Shown here piece by piece: positions 51,346-64,000 of a DNA stretch of 64,000 bases (positions within the stretch are counted from its first letter, which is position 1; each line of letters opens with the position of its first letter). The position numbers and the translations under genes are program-made. The stretch is from NCBI GenBank assembly GCA_012026655.1, contig JAAILG010000812.1, positions 1 through 64,000 of the forward strand, in the 5' to 3' direction. Source of the stretch: Hydrolagus affinis. Its lineage: Eukaryota. The notes beneath the pieces were generated by a model. The model saw nothing but the letters and a program-made list of their open reading frames with translations, was not told the DNA's origin and did not search any database.

Positions 51346-54024
51346 CCTGTCACAAATCACCAGTTTCAGAAGTGAAAGGTAAGTGGACAAAATATAAGTC
51401 GAGTAAAAGACATTGAAACATGGTATGGAACCGAATTGTAAAATTGTTGTGAGTTGAAGGAATAGATTTTTTTTATATATAGGTAGTTCTGCGCATTGTT
51501 TGGTTTGTGAATTGGATTCATTCTTCTGCTGGAGTTAGGTATCAGAAAGATATTGTTGGTTGACGAAATGCAAGCTTTTCTTGCTGAGGTTTAATGTACG
51601 ATTAGGAAATTTTGCTCAAGTTATGGTCCTATTTATTCAGTGTTACCAATGAATGATGTACTGAGATCTTATCATAGCAGATATATAGGCACGTAATTCA
51701 AGAAGATTTTATTGCAGTTATCAATCCACATGTGGAGAGATGTGTTCAAGCCTGATACACTGTCACTTGGCAGATCATACTAAAATGTTGCATATTTCAC
51801 AATCAATGAGCAGAACAAGAGTGGTTATAGTAGAGTTCATTTAATTAAAAAGCACAGCAATAAATAAAGAACAATTTGAAAAACAACTTTAATCCTTTCC
51901 TTATTGATTGAGAAAATGAACTTTATCTAGATGAACATCTTTCAGCCCAAAACTCAACTCTGATTATACTTTCACTGTGATCTTTTACAACCCTCATACC
52001 ACCAAAGCTCTGCATATTTTATTCAGGCAATCCCTTTCAAATTCAATGCTTTATCTTTGGATCAGGCAATCATTTATTTTTTCCTGTCAATTTTCTCTCA
52101 GTAAATAATTCATTGCAAGTTTCAAAGAAAATTATGTATTTTTCATTGCCTTCTTGGGTTTGCTTCCTTAATTGGCATTTCATATCTGAAAAGAATGTTT
52201 ATTCTAATTTGAGAAAATGTAGGTTGTCATATTTGGGATTTCAATTTTATGTAAATATCTTTGCACTTCATTCACCATTTCTTCACTGAATGAACGCTCC
52301 TGCAATTTAATAGATTTTCAACATATTAGTTATCTGTTAGTGATTGATTTTTTGCTCTAGTACTCGATTAAAAGTACATTATCATCTGCAATATCTAACT
52401 TGCAAACTTGAAGTTACCAAACTCAAGGCCAGAAATTCTTTTTTGTATTAAATGCAACATCTTTGATTCCTATAATGTAATTTCCCTATGAGTAGACATC
52501 ATCAAAGTTACTATGATTAGTTTCAAGAGGAATTTCTTGTCTTACAAAATGGAAGTAGCATGACCTTGGTCATGTGAGTTGTTTATATATTTTGCAATAA
52601 AAAATGCTTCAGATTTGTATTTATCTTTGAAGTTTGCACTCTTGGTACTGTGCATATGCAGTTTTATGTAACTAGAAATGTCTGGAAAGCAACAAGGCGT
52701 AATTTCCTCAGTTGTCTTTATGGTGGGGTGGGGAAGGGGAGGCGGATGGATGGGGGGCGAGTGCAGGGAGAGAGGACGGAGATTCTCTCATGGTGAATCT
52801 ACTTATCCAGTGAACACAGGATAGATCACAATATTGGGCTGCCTACAATTCCTAAAATTTAAGTAACCAATCTGACAAAAGTAGGTGAGAAGCACTTAAT
52901 GACCTCTTAATGAGCAGCTGATAAGGTCATTAGTACTTATAATAAATTAAATGTGTCCCAACATGGAGAAAATACTGCGTAGGCAGGAGGAGAATGCTAT
53001 GCAAAAGAATACGAGCATTAAATTTCATATATTTTTATACACATTTGTTCAATTTGTCTCATTTTATTTTTTACTGTGGAGAGGCTTTAATACCAACCAC
53101 TATAGAGATTATTAGTCCATCAATGTCACTGAGCTAATATAGCTGCTGCCAACTGTATAAGTCTCCAAGCTGCTTTCTACAGTGTTCAACATCTATTTGC
53201 ACTGAAGCAAAAGTCAATAATCCGAACTCCAGCATTATCCACTGTACAGGATGTCGAGACAAACTCATTGCTATTATGTGATTTGAAAATTGGATGGAAA
53301 ATTATTTTTCAATCTAAAGATATGTCTCACTGCGGAATGGTAGGACAGAAGTCTTTGTTCATGATTCTTCAACTGACAGAATTTTTTAAAATCATGGATG
53401 AGCTAGTTATTTGACAGAAAGGGACTGGGAAGCCACCATCCTCTTCACTGCAGAATGCAAGGGAAAATCTGAGCATCTCAACTACCTTCAAACGTCTGGC
53501 TAGCATTATTTTGGCACAGACTAGAGAGTCGATTGCCTGCACCCTTTAGATCAGAGACTGGCTGCTAGCTTTCACTTTTTTTTTATCAGGTTAATTTAAA
53601 AAAAAGCTGTTTTGTTTTGCATATGGGGCATCCTCCCGATGTGAAGGTGCTATACAAATATAATTTCTTGTTGTTGCTCATTGCCTAAAATTAGAAGCAA
53701 AATTATAATTGAATTGATGTTTGGAGGATCACGGTGTAAATTTCCTCCTAGGATTAGATTTATAATATTAACTTTCAAAGTGTCTAGAATTTGATACAAT
53801 TTTAAATAAAATAAATTTTGAAGCTGTTTGCTGTACGATTTTTTAAAACCACAAAAAGTCTTCAAAGTTAAATATAAAATAATAATAATCCTTGCATTTT
53901 CATGTTGGGAAGATATGTGAAAGCACTTCATAAAATTCACTGTAAAGACTAGTCACTGTGTATTTCATAGGTGAATGTGGCGGTACACTTGTGCAATGTC
54001 CCACAAACAGCCATAAAATACCCA

Positions 54025-54575
54025 CTATCCGTTACCAAGACTTTTCTCCACCTCTGCCACACTGCCCACTTCTAACTGTACCTCACACTCAACCAAAATC
54101 CTCAGAGACATTCATCACTTCGAGCCTCAGTTATTCCGATGCCCTCCTTGCCGGTCTTCCCAGTTCATAAAATCCAATTAATTCAAAACTCCATCACCCA
54201 TATCCTCACCTGCACCAAACTCCATACTGACATCACCCCAGATCTTGTCAGACTCTCCTCATTCCTTATTGTAAAATAGATCAATTACAAGATCCTCACA
54301 CTTGTGTAAAATTCACTTGATAACTTAGCACTTCCCTACTTCACTGCTTATTCCCCATTCCACCACCTTGCACTCAGTTGGCTCTAGCCTTCTTCAGATC
54401 CCTTGTCCCCTCCCCTCCACTGTCAGTCACCGTGGTTTCAGCCACAACACCCCAACAATATGGGATGTGCTGCCTCAATCCCTCCATTTTGTCTCCTCTT
54501 TGATTTTCTTCATTTCACATCTGAAAACCTTCTACCGTTCCTGTGGTCACTCCCCCCTCTCCTCAGCAAAACATC
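54025..54575 (+). mobile_element. L2 fragment
   Basis: ETFITSSLSYSDALLAGLP...IQNS; L2 C-terminal region. Confidence 0.8.
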
Positions 54576-54609
54576 AAGCTGCATTACTGTTAAGTGCTAT
54601 ATATAGTAT

Positions 54610-55197
54610 AACAACAACAACAACTTTGATTTATATAGCATTCTCCACGCCAGATGGCATCTCAGAGCGCTTCACAATAACGGATCCCGGGACCGAGCCA
54701 GGGGCAGGGGTAGAAAGGTGACCAAATGCACGGTCGAAGAGAAAGGTCTTCAGCTGGGACCTGAAGCTGAGAAAAGAGGGGGCGAGGCAAAGGTAGTGAG
54801 GAAGGGAATTCCAGAGCCTCGGGGCATAGTGGCTGAAGGCACGGCCGCTGAGGGTGGAGCGGAGGATTTGGGGAACATAGAGGAGGCCAGACTCAGTGGA
54901 GCGAAGGCAACGGGAGCTGGTTTGAGGAGTAAGGAAGTCAGAGAGATGGGGGGGGGGCAGAGGAGTGGAGGGATTTGAAGACAAGGGTGAGGATCTTGAA
55001 GTCGATCCTCTCTGGGATAAGGAACCAGTGAAGTCTGGCAAGGACTGGGGTAATGGGGGAATGAAGTTTGGTGCAGGTGAGTATGCGGGCGGCAGAGTTT
55101 TGAATGAGTTGGATTTGATGGATTGTGTTGGAGAGGGGACCGGCAAGGAAGGCATTGGAATAGTCCAGCCGTGAGGTGACGAAGGCGTGGACCAGGA
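54610..55197 (-). mobile_element. Relatively young L2 3' fragment, tail-to-tail with the previous L2
   Basis: GRAFSHYAPRLWNSLP...FRSQLKTFLF; (TTG)n tail; CpGs retained. Confidence 0.92.
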
Positions 55198-55259
55198 TTT
55201 ACTATTTTTAATAGTACCCTTGTTACAGGTGTTATATAAATGCTAGTTGTTGTTGCTGT

Positions 55260-55531
55260 GAAGTAAATGACCAATTTTGTAGGGTCTTGTCAACTTGGAC
55301 ACTGGGAGAAACACCTTTCTCGATTCAAATTGTGTCATAGTCCACCTTTAGCATCCACCTGAACAGGTGGAAAGTACTTGTTTAACTTTTCATCTGAGGG
55401 ATGGCATCTACAACAATGGAGTATACTCCCAACACTGCATGGGGCAGCCTAGACTACATGAGTTCAAAGTCACAATATTGGACTTGAACATACAACCTTC
55501 TGAGTCAGAGGCTACCAAACCAAGTTGACAC
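55260..55531 (-). mobile_element. Older tRNA/Deu-type SINE
   Basis: Reverse complement starts GTGTCAACTTGGTTTGGTAGCCTCTGACTCAGAAGGTTG; Deu-like core. Confidence 0.7.
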
Positions 55532-58500
55532 CTTAAACCTGAATTCAACAATGTACCAATTCCTGCACTCTCTGACTGCTAAGAAAATCCAGACTCAGGT
55601 GGAAAATCCTCCCCTACATGTTTTATTTATTTATTTATTTAGATTTACGGCAAAAAAGCATAGAAGAGATAAACATTTCTTCAGAGGTACGTGTAGAAAA
55701 TTCTGAACTTGTGCTTTCAGTCATTACAGCTCATTTATATTCTGTACTAATATGCAATCCATATTTTGTCAGTGCTCACTTTGCTTGCTTCTCATTGCTG
55801 TGGTGTGGTGATTTTCAAGGCTGACATCAAAATTCCCATTATTAATACAGAAGTTCACTACATAAATGTAGGTTGCCAGGATTAACGGCCTCAAGTTGTA
55901 GATGCTGTCTCACAGATAAAATGGTGTGTAGCGAGTCCTCTATACGTGTTCCAATGCCCTTTCATTCCCCCTCCTCAGATAATACAATAACAAGTACAAT
56001 TGGAATACATAATTAGTAGGTGGTATGCCTTCTCACCCTATGTTAACCATCCCAAATTTAGTAAATCTGGAAGGTAGCAGAAAATCAGGCCTTAATTATT
56101 GTTTTCACCCTGTATTTTTAATGCATGACTATTGCATGCCACTCAAATTCCTACTTTGCCTTTCACCAATTGTATCTAATAGAACAGTGAAACATTATCT
56201 GTAATACAGCTTCAAAACATTTGCTCAGTGTTTCACAACCTGTAATTATAACACAAAACAACAAAGTATAGACATTTGCTTGAGACAAAGCCATTTGAAG
56301 ATTTACAAAGAATATGCAGAACGCAAACAGGTCACTTGGCTCAACCAGTGCATGCTGGTATTTATACTCCACATGATGCTCCATTCTCTCCTCCCTCCCA
56401 TTCAAGACTGCAATGAGCCCTTATTCCTTAAAAAGTACACCATATAATTGCTTTCATTCCCCCAACCCCAACGCATACAAACACACAATACATTTTAACT
56501 AAAGTAACGAGTAAAATTCATTCAATTACATGAAAAAAGATGATTCAGAAAACACATGAAAATTAAAAAGTAGGGACAGAGCAGGGAAATTGTATTACAG
56601 TATATAGCCCAGTTGGGTTCCAGCATGCCACAAGCATCAGTGGCTAAATCGCCAGTTGTTTCAAATTTCAAATTCGCTCAGTCACTCAGAACATTTTGCT
56701 GGAAACAATATTTTGCATTTTCTCTTAAATTTCTGTTACACATAGACTCATGGAGCATAGCTATGTATAGAATTATGGTATCATCAGGGTGAAACCTTAG
56801 GCAAGATTCCTTCTGCCACACACAAGCTTGAGCTCTGTTTACCTGGCAGTAAGGAGGAACCTGCTTATTAGACAATTGGAAGAATGCTTTCTGGGCAGAA
56901 TACTCCCTCCCTAAAAAAAATTATAATATAATAATAATTTGGTCACTCAATCCATGACTGTTTATGGGAATTGCCTGCCACGTGTCGCCCACGAAATACA
57001 CAGTTACTAGCCTGTTTATCCTGTGAAGCACTTTGAAATATCTCAAAGAACTGATAGGGTGCTATATCAAATGCAAGACTTATTATTATTAATATTATAA
57101 GAGGACATTATTTGGCCCATCGAGTCTATGTAGATGCTCCTGATCCAATGGAACTCACTATTGCTAACCCTAATTACTTGCTTTTTTCATGTACCCATGA
57201 GAATTTGCTTCCTCAAATGTTTATCCAATTCAGTTTTAAATGTTACTAGTGTTTTAGAGCTCCCTAAACCTCCAAATCAAACAAGCAAAAACTGCATACT
57301 GTTCTTCCATCCCGCATCTTCATGATTTAAACTTGATCTTCTTCCCTCCAGAGAAATAATGTCCCTCTTCCCCACTTTCTCAGTAACCGTGGCACAAGAG
57401 GCATGGTATCATTGTAGTCTATGGAATAATTAATCATTTCAGTCTGTATTAATATTCCTCAATGTTACTCTCAAGAATGTGGTTATCAAGTTACTCTTTT
57501 GAAGGAGTTAATTAAATCGGAATTAACTAGCATTGCATAGATTCACGTAGGAGCTATTCTTTAGGGGGAATGTTTAATTTCTAGTTCCACCCGATGCTTT
57601 TTAATTTTATATGGACAGATTTGAAATAATTTATATAGAAAGATTTGTTCTTTGCCATGCTGGGTTCAAAATTGTTCATGTAATATTGAAATGCACTTTT
57701 ATCATTTCATGTAGATTTGAGAATTACGGAAAGCACTCACCAGAATGTAAAATTGAACATAACAACAACATCTCCTTTGATCCAACATTGCCCAGAGTGG
57801 CTGAATTCATTGATTTTCATTAGTTCCCTTCCATTTGGCTGCTGCTACACTCTCTATTGTGGAACTAGTTCTATAGCTAGAGCTTCCAAAAAGGTTATCA
57901 CGAAAACAGCACCAAAAGACTTATGTTCATTTACCTTCTGAACAATGCTTTGGCGGCTAAGGAGACTCTGGCCCATCTGCTGCAAATACTTCAGTGTACT
58001 TGTATAAATGATTGTTCTTTAAAGCCAAAGGTATTGCTAGGGGATTTATATTGGGTAGGAAAGTGGAACGTAAAGGATTATTGTACACAAAGATAACTTA
58101 ACAGGGAATGTTGATAACGCTGTCTCTAAGATTTAGATTTTATTTATTCACTTTTCCTCGCTAAAAGCAACAACAACAACAACAAAATTACATCTATAAA
58201 GCAATGAGATTTTACATGAAAGCACACATTGATTCTGAATCTTAGAAAGTGCTGTCGATCATATATTCATACAATGCAATAAATGTCAACTCTTATCTAT
58301 TTACTTCCTTTTTTAAAGGATATACAATAGTTCCTAGCTCTTTGCTAAGCCGATTGTAATTAAACCTTCATGAAGGTTCCATAGCCAGTCTGAAAGATAA
58401 GTTTTAAAGGCTTCTCAATAGGCGCTCATAACACAAATTTTGCACTGTTTTTTGTTCTACTCTTGCTTGGAAGCTAGAGATGGCTAGACATGTAACTAGG

Positions 58501-59044
58501 TCATTCAGTGTCTTAATCTCATTACTCTTTTGAGACAATGTTAGACTAAATTAGTTTCATTTTAAAAATGGCCTTCAAGGAATATTCTTGCTGCATGTTA
58601 TCATTTTAAAAATTAGATACTCATCGTTATTAGAGTTGATTCCTGAGGCTGTAAGAATCAAATTTATATTAGAGGTGATTTTATTGAAGCCTTCCTGTGG
58701 GTTTGGTAAAATGTGGAAGTTGTCAATTTAATTCATTTGGACTCTGCATCAGAAAAAATCTACACACACAGTCCTGACATAGGAATGCCATCTGTCTGCT
58801 CCCAAAGATAATGGTGCGTTCAGAGCAGTTACACTTCAGCACTAAGTGACAGCTGAAATTTGGAGTGTAGGTGTGCAGCTCTTTATCGATGGACTTACCC
58901 CAGGCAGGCCAGATGTTCAAGATCACAACATAGGTGCATTTTTATTTAGATTTGCTCAAGCAGTTACTGTGGAACAACCTTCCTCGTAGGATGGTTAAGA
59001 AGTAGAATGCTACAGAGCTAGAATTATATCTGTATTCTGGAATC

Positions 59045-59350
59045 ACCAGTAGTCCAGGGTGCCACTGTAATGCAATGCTGATAGTATGCTGTATTGATGG
59101 AAGTGCCGTTCTTTAGTTGAGACAATAAATTGAGGTCCAGTCCACCATCTTTTGAGGTGTGTTCCGGTGGACATTAAAAATCCTACAACATTATTCAAAA
59201 AGTAAAAGGAGATTCTCCTGGTGTGCTGGTCAACAGTCCACTACAAAATTGGTTATTACATTTCATAGCTATTAGTGGAACATTGCTTTGTCTTCCTTCT
59301 AGTGTGAAAGGCAATATGTCAAATATAATGACTGCAATTATTATTTATTA
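59045..59350 (+). mobile_element. Older Deu-type SINE fragment
   Basis: GTGCCGTTCTTTAGTTGAGAC...GGTGGACATTAAAAATCC...TCTCCTGGTGTGCTGG. Confidence 0.7.
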
Positions 59351-59669
59351 TAGTAGCCATATTAAAACAACTTGTTGATGGTGATTAATAAAGATAATGA
59401 AATGGTTTTGAAAATTACCCCTGTAAATCCTCTAAAGATATTACCCCTGTGTATCCTCTATGCCTAAAAATCCAATACACCGCATGCACCAACAAAAGCA
59501 TTTGTTTGATATGTGTGAATGTTACTTTCACTGCAGAGGAATTAGAAATTGTCATGAATTATTCTTTTATTCACATTTTCATTGAAAAAAATTTAAAATT
59601 GAAGTTGACACTAAGAGTCATGTCATCATTGCAAACGCTGATAAGCTTCCCACTGCTAAGTCTAATGAG

Positions 59670-60082
59670 AACTACCCTCTCACCTTGGGCTCTCACCTTC
59701 AAAGCCCTTCATGAGTTCGCCCCATCCTACCTCTGCGACCTCGTAACCGCCTTCCAACCTGCCTGCCCCCTCCACTTAGCTGGCTCCGGCCTGCTCCATG
59801 TCCCCGCCCCACCCATCCCACCATCGGTGGGCGAGCCTTCAATCACGCTGCCCTGACCTTTGGAATTCCATTCCACAGTATCTCCACCTCGCCGTCTCCC
59901 TAATCTCCTTCAAGTCCCACCTCAAGACCGTCTTCTTTGACGGTCCCATCAATCACCTCAAATGCTCACCTTTCCCTCTAACCTCCCCGATCCTAACCCC
60001 AGCTCAGGTCTGAAACATTGACTGTCCAGCACCTTGGGACGTCCTCTCAATGTCAAAGTCTAATTTTTTTGTTGTTGTTGTT
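59670..60082 (+). mobile_element. L2 3' fragment
   Basis: LTFKALHEFAPSYLCDL; 3' UTR and (TTG)n tail. Confidence 0.88.
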
Positions 60083-60399
60083 CGACATATAGGATTAAGA
60101 GCAGTGGAGAGGGAAGAATCCCAACCCAGTTACTGGTCTGAGTCTTCATGTTCTGCTAATCAGCCTGTCTGGCTGGTCCAACTTTAACAGTGCCTTGGTA
60201 TATTGTGTATCAGTTTGATTCAGGTAATCGTCTACTAAGGTATGTACATCAAACTCTTGTTCAGAGCAGTATAGAATTTTACAGCATAAAAGGAGGCCAT
60301 TCGGCTCATCGTGTCTGTGCATAAGGTACTCTCCCTGCAGTCAAAGCCACAAGCAAACCACAGTATCAATATTTTTAATTATTGCAAAGCGGCACTATA

Positions 60400-60737
60400 T
60401 AATAATTATAATAACAATAATACTACTACTAATAATAATAATCCTTGCATTGATATGGTGCTTTTCACGTCTTCTAGATGTTTCAAAGCACTTCACAGAA
60501 TATACTGTAAAGTGAATTGACTTTATATGTGTGGGCGAAACACGGCAGCCGATTGCGCACAACAATGTCCCACAAACAATCGTGGATTGAAATGACCAAT
60601 TCCTGTTTGTTCTTTTGAGGGATTATTATTAGGCATGTGGAGTAAGGAAACTTGCCCAAAGTTTCGCCATGCCTGGAGCTGAACTCAGGTTTCTTGCTTG
60701 TATGGCGAGTGATCTAACCACTGAGCTGCAGCACTCC
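60400..60737 (-). mobile_element. Full-length tRNA-derived SINE, younger family
   Basis: Reverse complement GGAGTGCTGCAGCTCAGTGGTTAGA...; long (TAA)n tail. Confidence 0.9.
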
Positions 60738-60825
60738 ACATAATAATAAACTTTACATTTGATATAATGTCTTATTATGTCTTTGACACATCTCAAAACA
60801 CTTCACATGATATACTGCAGAGTGG

Positions 60826-60915
60826 AACAAAAACAGAAAGTTGCTGGGATAACTCAGCAGGTCAGGCAGAGAAAAGAAAGTGAGTCAACGTTTTTATGGT
60901 CGGTTTTCTTCACCA
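60826..60915 (-). mobile_element. Decayed Penelope-like end fragment
   Basis: AAAGTTGCTGGGATAACTCAGCAGGT...GAGTCAACGTTT is the reverse complement of the 5.6-kb element; ribozyme core mutated. Confidence 0.65.
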
Positions 60916-61180
60916 AAAGGTTTGTCAGCACTTCCTGACTTTTGTGTTTTATACTCCTATTTATAAAGCCTAGTATCCCATATGCCTTCTTAATGACTTT
61001 GTTCATAAGGCATATGGGATACCGCTGTCCTGCCACCTTCAAAGAGTCACTAACACAAATCCCCAGCTCTCTCTGTTCCCTCACACCGCTTAAAGTTGAT
61101 CTATCTAGCCTATATTGCCTCCCCTCATTTCTTTTTTCAAAGTGTATCACCTCATACATCTCTGCATTAAACTTCGTCTG

Positions 61181-61726
61181 CTATGTGTCTGCCCAATTTA
61201 GCATTTTATCTATATCTTCTTGCAGATGGTTTCTATCCTCCTCAATATTTACTCTTCTCCTTAACTTAGTATCATCTGCAAACTTGGAAACTGTGCTCCC
61301 TACATCCAAGTCCAGATCATTAATATATATTAAAAAGAACAGTGGTCCCCAAACTGATCCCTGGGGGATGCCACTGCACACTTCCCTCCAATCTGTAAAA
61401 CAGCCACTCACCACAACTCTCTGCTTCCTGTCTCGCAGCCAGTTGTGGATCCATGCTGCTACTGTCCCTTTAACGCCGTGGGCCTCTACTTTCCTAATAA
61501 GCCTCTCATGTGGCACTTTGTCAAATGCCTTTTGAAAGTCCATGTAAACTACATCAACTGCCCTGCCCTCGTCCACCCATTCTGTTAGCTCATCGAAAAA
61601 TTCTATCAGATTTGTAAGGCAAGATTTGCCTTTAACAAATCCATGCTGGCTGTCTTTTATTAGCCTATATCTTTCTAAGTGAAGATCTATCTTGTCCCTG
61701 ATTATAGACTCTAGAAGTTTGCCCAC
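61181..61726 (-). pseudogene. CR1 ORF2 reverse transcriptase remnant
   Basis: 181-aa open stretch with canonical RT motifs; stops and frameshifts on both sides. Confidence 0.92.
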
Positions 61727-62440
61727 TACTGACGTTAAACTGACTGATCTATAGTTCCCAGGTTTGTCCTTCTGCCCCTTTTTTTTTACAGAGGAGTAAC
61801 ATTAGCAACCTTCCAGTCCTCTGGCACCACCCTTGTGTCCAAGGAAAATTGAAAGATTGTGGCCAGAGTCTCTGCTATTTGCTCCTGTACTTCTCTTAGT
61901 AACCTAGGATGCATCCCATCTGGACTGGGTGACTTATCTACCTTGAGCTGTCAACCTTTTTAGTACTTCCTCTCTGTTTATACTAATCCTATTCATTTCT
62001 TCTACCCTCTCCTCCAATACTATAGCATTGGCTGCATCCTCTTCTCTTGTAAAGACAGAGGCAAAGTACTCATTCAGTACATTGGGCATACCCTTTGCCT
62101 CCACAATAAGATTTCCTCCTTGGCCCTAATTGGCCCCACCCTACCCTTGACCAATCTTTTACTCTTAACATGTTTGTAAAATACTTTTAGGTTCCCTTTA
62201 ATGTTACCTGCTAATTGTTTCTCATGCAGTCTTTTTGCCCCTCTAATTTCCTTTTTAAGTTCTCTCCTACACTTCCTATATTCTGCTTGGTTGACCTCTG
62301 TATCTTGGGTCTAACACTTGTCATAAGCCTCCTTTTTTTGCTTTATTTTAACCCCAATTGCCCTCGTCATCCAGGGAGGTTTGGATGCCCTACATTTTCA
62401 TTTGGTGGAATGTTTTTGACCTGCGCCTGAACTATCTCCT

Positions 62441-62776
62441 GTGGAGCTCCTGTGGCTCAGTGGTTAGAGCACTTGTCTTGCAATCTGGGGAGACCAAGCT
62501 ATGGAGACCTGTGTTCGAATCCAGGCAGGTCAGGGCGAAACCTTGGGCAAGTTTCCTTACTCCACACGCCTAATAATAATCCATCCAAAAAAACCACAAT
62601 AATAAAATTGGTCATTTCAATCCACGACTGTTTGTGGGGAAACTGCTGTGCGCAATTGGTTGCCGCGATTCGCCCACAAATATACAGTCAATTCACTTTA
62701 CAATATATTCTGTGAAGCGCTTTGCGACATCGATAAGATGTGAAAAGTGCTATATCAAATGCAAGGATTATTATTA
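62441..62776 (+). mobile_element. Full-length tRNA-derived SINE inserted into CR1
   Basis: A-box TGGCTCAGTGG, B-box GTTCGAATCC, many CpGs; TSD-like TATCTCCT (62433-62440) / TATCTCTT (62777-62784). Confidence 0.95.
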
Positions 62777-63671
62777 TATCTCTTCCTTGAAGACTGCCCA
62801 CTGCTCATTAGCTGTTTTACTTGCCAATCACTCTTTCCAGTCTACCTCTGCTAGGTCCCATTTTAACTCACTTCTTCCAGTTGAACATCTTCACCTTCGA
62901 GTGATCCTTATCCCTTTCCATAATTACTCTGAATCTAATGATATTGTGATCGCTATTTCCTAGGAGCTCACCTACAGAAACCTGTTGTACTTGCCCCCAC
63001 CTCATTCCCCAAAATTACATCCAGCACTGCTTCCTTCCTTGTTGGACCGGAAACATACTGATCAAGAAAGTTGTCCTGTACACATTTCAGGAATTCTTCC
63101 ATCCTTGCCCTTTACACTACTATTCTTCCAGTCGATGTTGGGATAATTAAAGTCTCCCATTATCACTACTCTATTGGCTTTGCATCTTTCCGAAATCTGC
63201 TTACAGATCTGCTCTTCTATCTCCTTCACACTATTTTGTGGTTTATAGTATACCCTAACAGTGTAACTGTTCCTTTTGTATTCCTTACCTCTAATCAGAT
63301 AGATTTGGTTTTTTGACCTTCTTCCACCCCGTTCCTTTCTAAGGCTGTAACTGATTGGTTTAACTAATATTGCCACTCCGCCTCCTTTTCTTTCTTCTCC
63401 ATCTCTCCTGAATATATTATAGCCAGGAATGTTGAGTTCCCATTCCTGCTCTTGTTTGAGCCAGGTCTGTTACTGCTGCCACATCATATCCCCTTGCAGC
63501 AACTAGAGCCTGCAGCTCACCAATTTTATTTGTCAAACTCCGTGCATTTACATACATGCACTCCAAGACAGAATTGCTTTGTACTTTTCTCCTGTCCTAC
63601 GCCTCCCCTTATCCCCTGTCTTAACCCTCCCTTATCTGGACTACTGTTTGATTTCCCATCCCCCCTTAAAA

Positions 63672-64000
63672 TTAGTTTAACCCCCTCCCCCCCCCCCCAC
63701 AGCATTAGACAATCTCCCTGCAAGGACATTGGTCGCAGCCTTGTTCAAGTGTAACCCACCATCTTATACAGCTTCCACCTGCCCCAGAACTGGTGCCAAT
63801 GATCCAGGAACCTGAAGCCCTACTTGGTACACCACTTCTCCAGCCAAGCATTCATGTGCCTTATCCTACTGTTTTGAAATTCACCTGCTCGAGGCACCGG
63901 GAGTAATCCAGAGATCACCACCTTCGAGGTTCCACTTTTCAGCTTTTTCCCCAGCTTCTGATACTCTCCCTCGAGCATCTCAGGCCTCTTCCTCCCAACA
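63672..64000 (-). pseudogene. CR1 ORF1 SGNH esterase-like domain remnant
   Basis: SKVVISGLLPVPRAG...MNAWLEKWC...GLHLN with an in-frame stop and a frameshift at the DGLH motif. Confidence 0.8.

Larger units (their letters stand above)
60916..64000 (-). mobile_element. Large CR1 LINE remnant (ORF1 end, endonuclease, RT), running off the window end
   Basis: ORF1 VVISGLLPVPR...NAWL..WC...GFRFLDHW...GLHLN; EN NARSLTNK...GDFNYPNIDW; RT QHGFVKGKSCLTNL...DFQKAFDKVPH...PQGSV...FADDT. Confidence 0.96.

Noticed and set aside
57936-57977. 42-nt minus-strand segment between AG and GTAAAT (MGQSLLSRQSIVQK)
   Set aside because: Too short to distinguish from chance; poor pyrimidine tract
60942-61535. 197-aa plus-strand ORF
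   Set aside because: Antisense shadow of the CR1 RT coding region

Overview
Eukaryotic, AT-rich, repeat-dense genomic DNA. The repeat set (tRNA-head/Deu-domain SINEs with L2-type tails, L2 and CR1 LINEs, Penelope-type ends) looks chondrichthyan, probably chimaera-like; this is inferred from family resemblance, not from a search. I recognise no cellular protein-coding gene, rRNA or true tRNA, so the window reads as intergenic or deep intronic. Nearly all ORF-track entries are chance ORFs or transposon remnants. The main content is decayed CR1 (largest about 60.9-64 kb, minus strand, with ORF1 esterase, endonuclease and RT remnants), many L2 fragments (RT with YADD at 20.9-21.5 kb), two SINE age classes and three kinds of non-autonomous DNA transposon. 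The most interesting observations are: (1) two hAT MITE copies, one carrying a nested Tc1/mariner MITE and the other an apparent TA-CTG-TA excision footprint at the same site; (2) a 178-bp Penelope-type insertion with a minimal hammerhead ribozyme core between 17-bp direct repeats; (3) a 1.4-kb TIR element built from CCCATATGGG palindromes that splits an L2; (4) an unclassified old repeat family with at least 5 copies and a coding-like substitution pattern; (5) a recent templated direct-plus-inverted insertion inside a SINE; (6) a 77-nt pre-miRNA-sized hairpin. I found no evidence for a new multi-gene system. Boundaries of old repeats are approximate and were read by eye.
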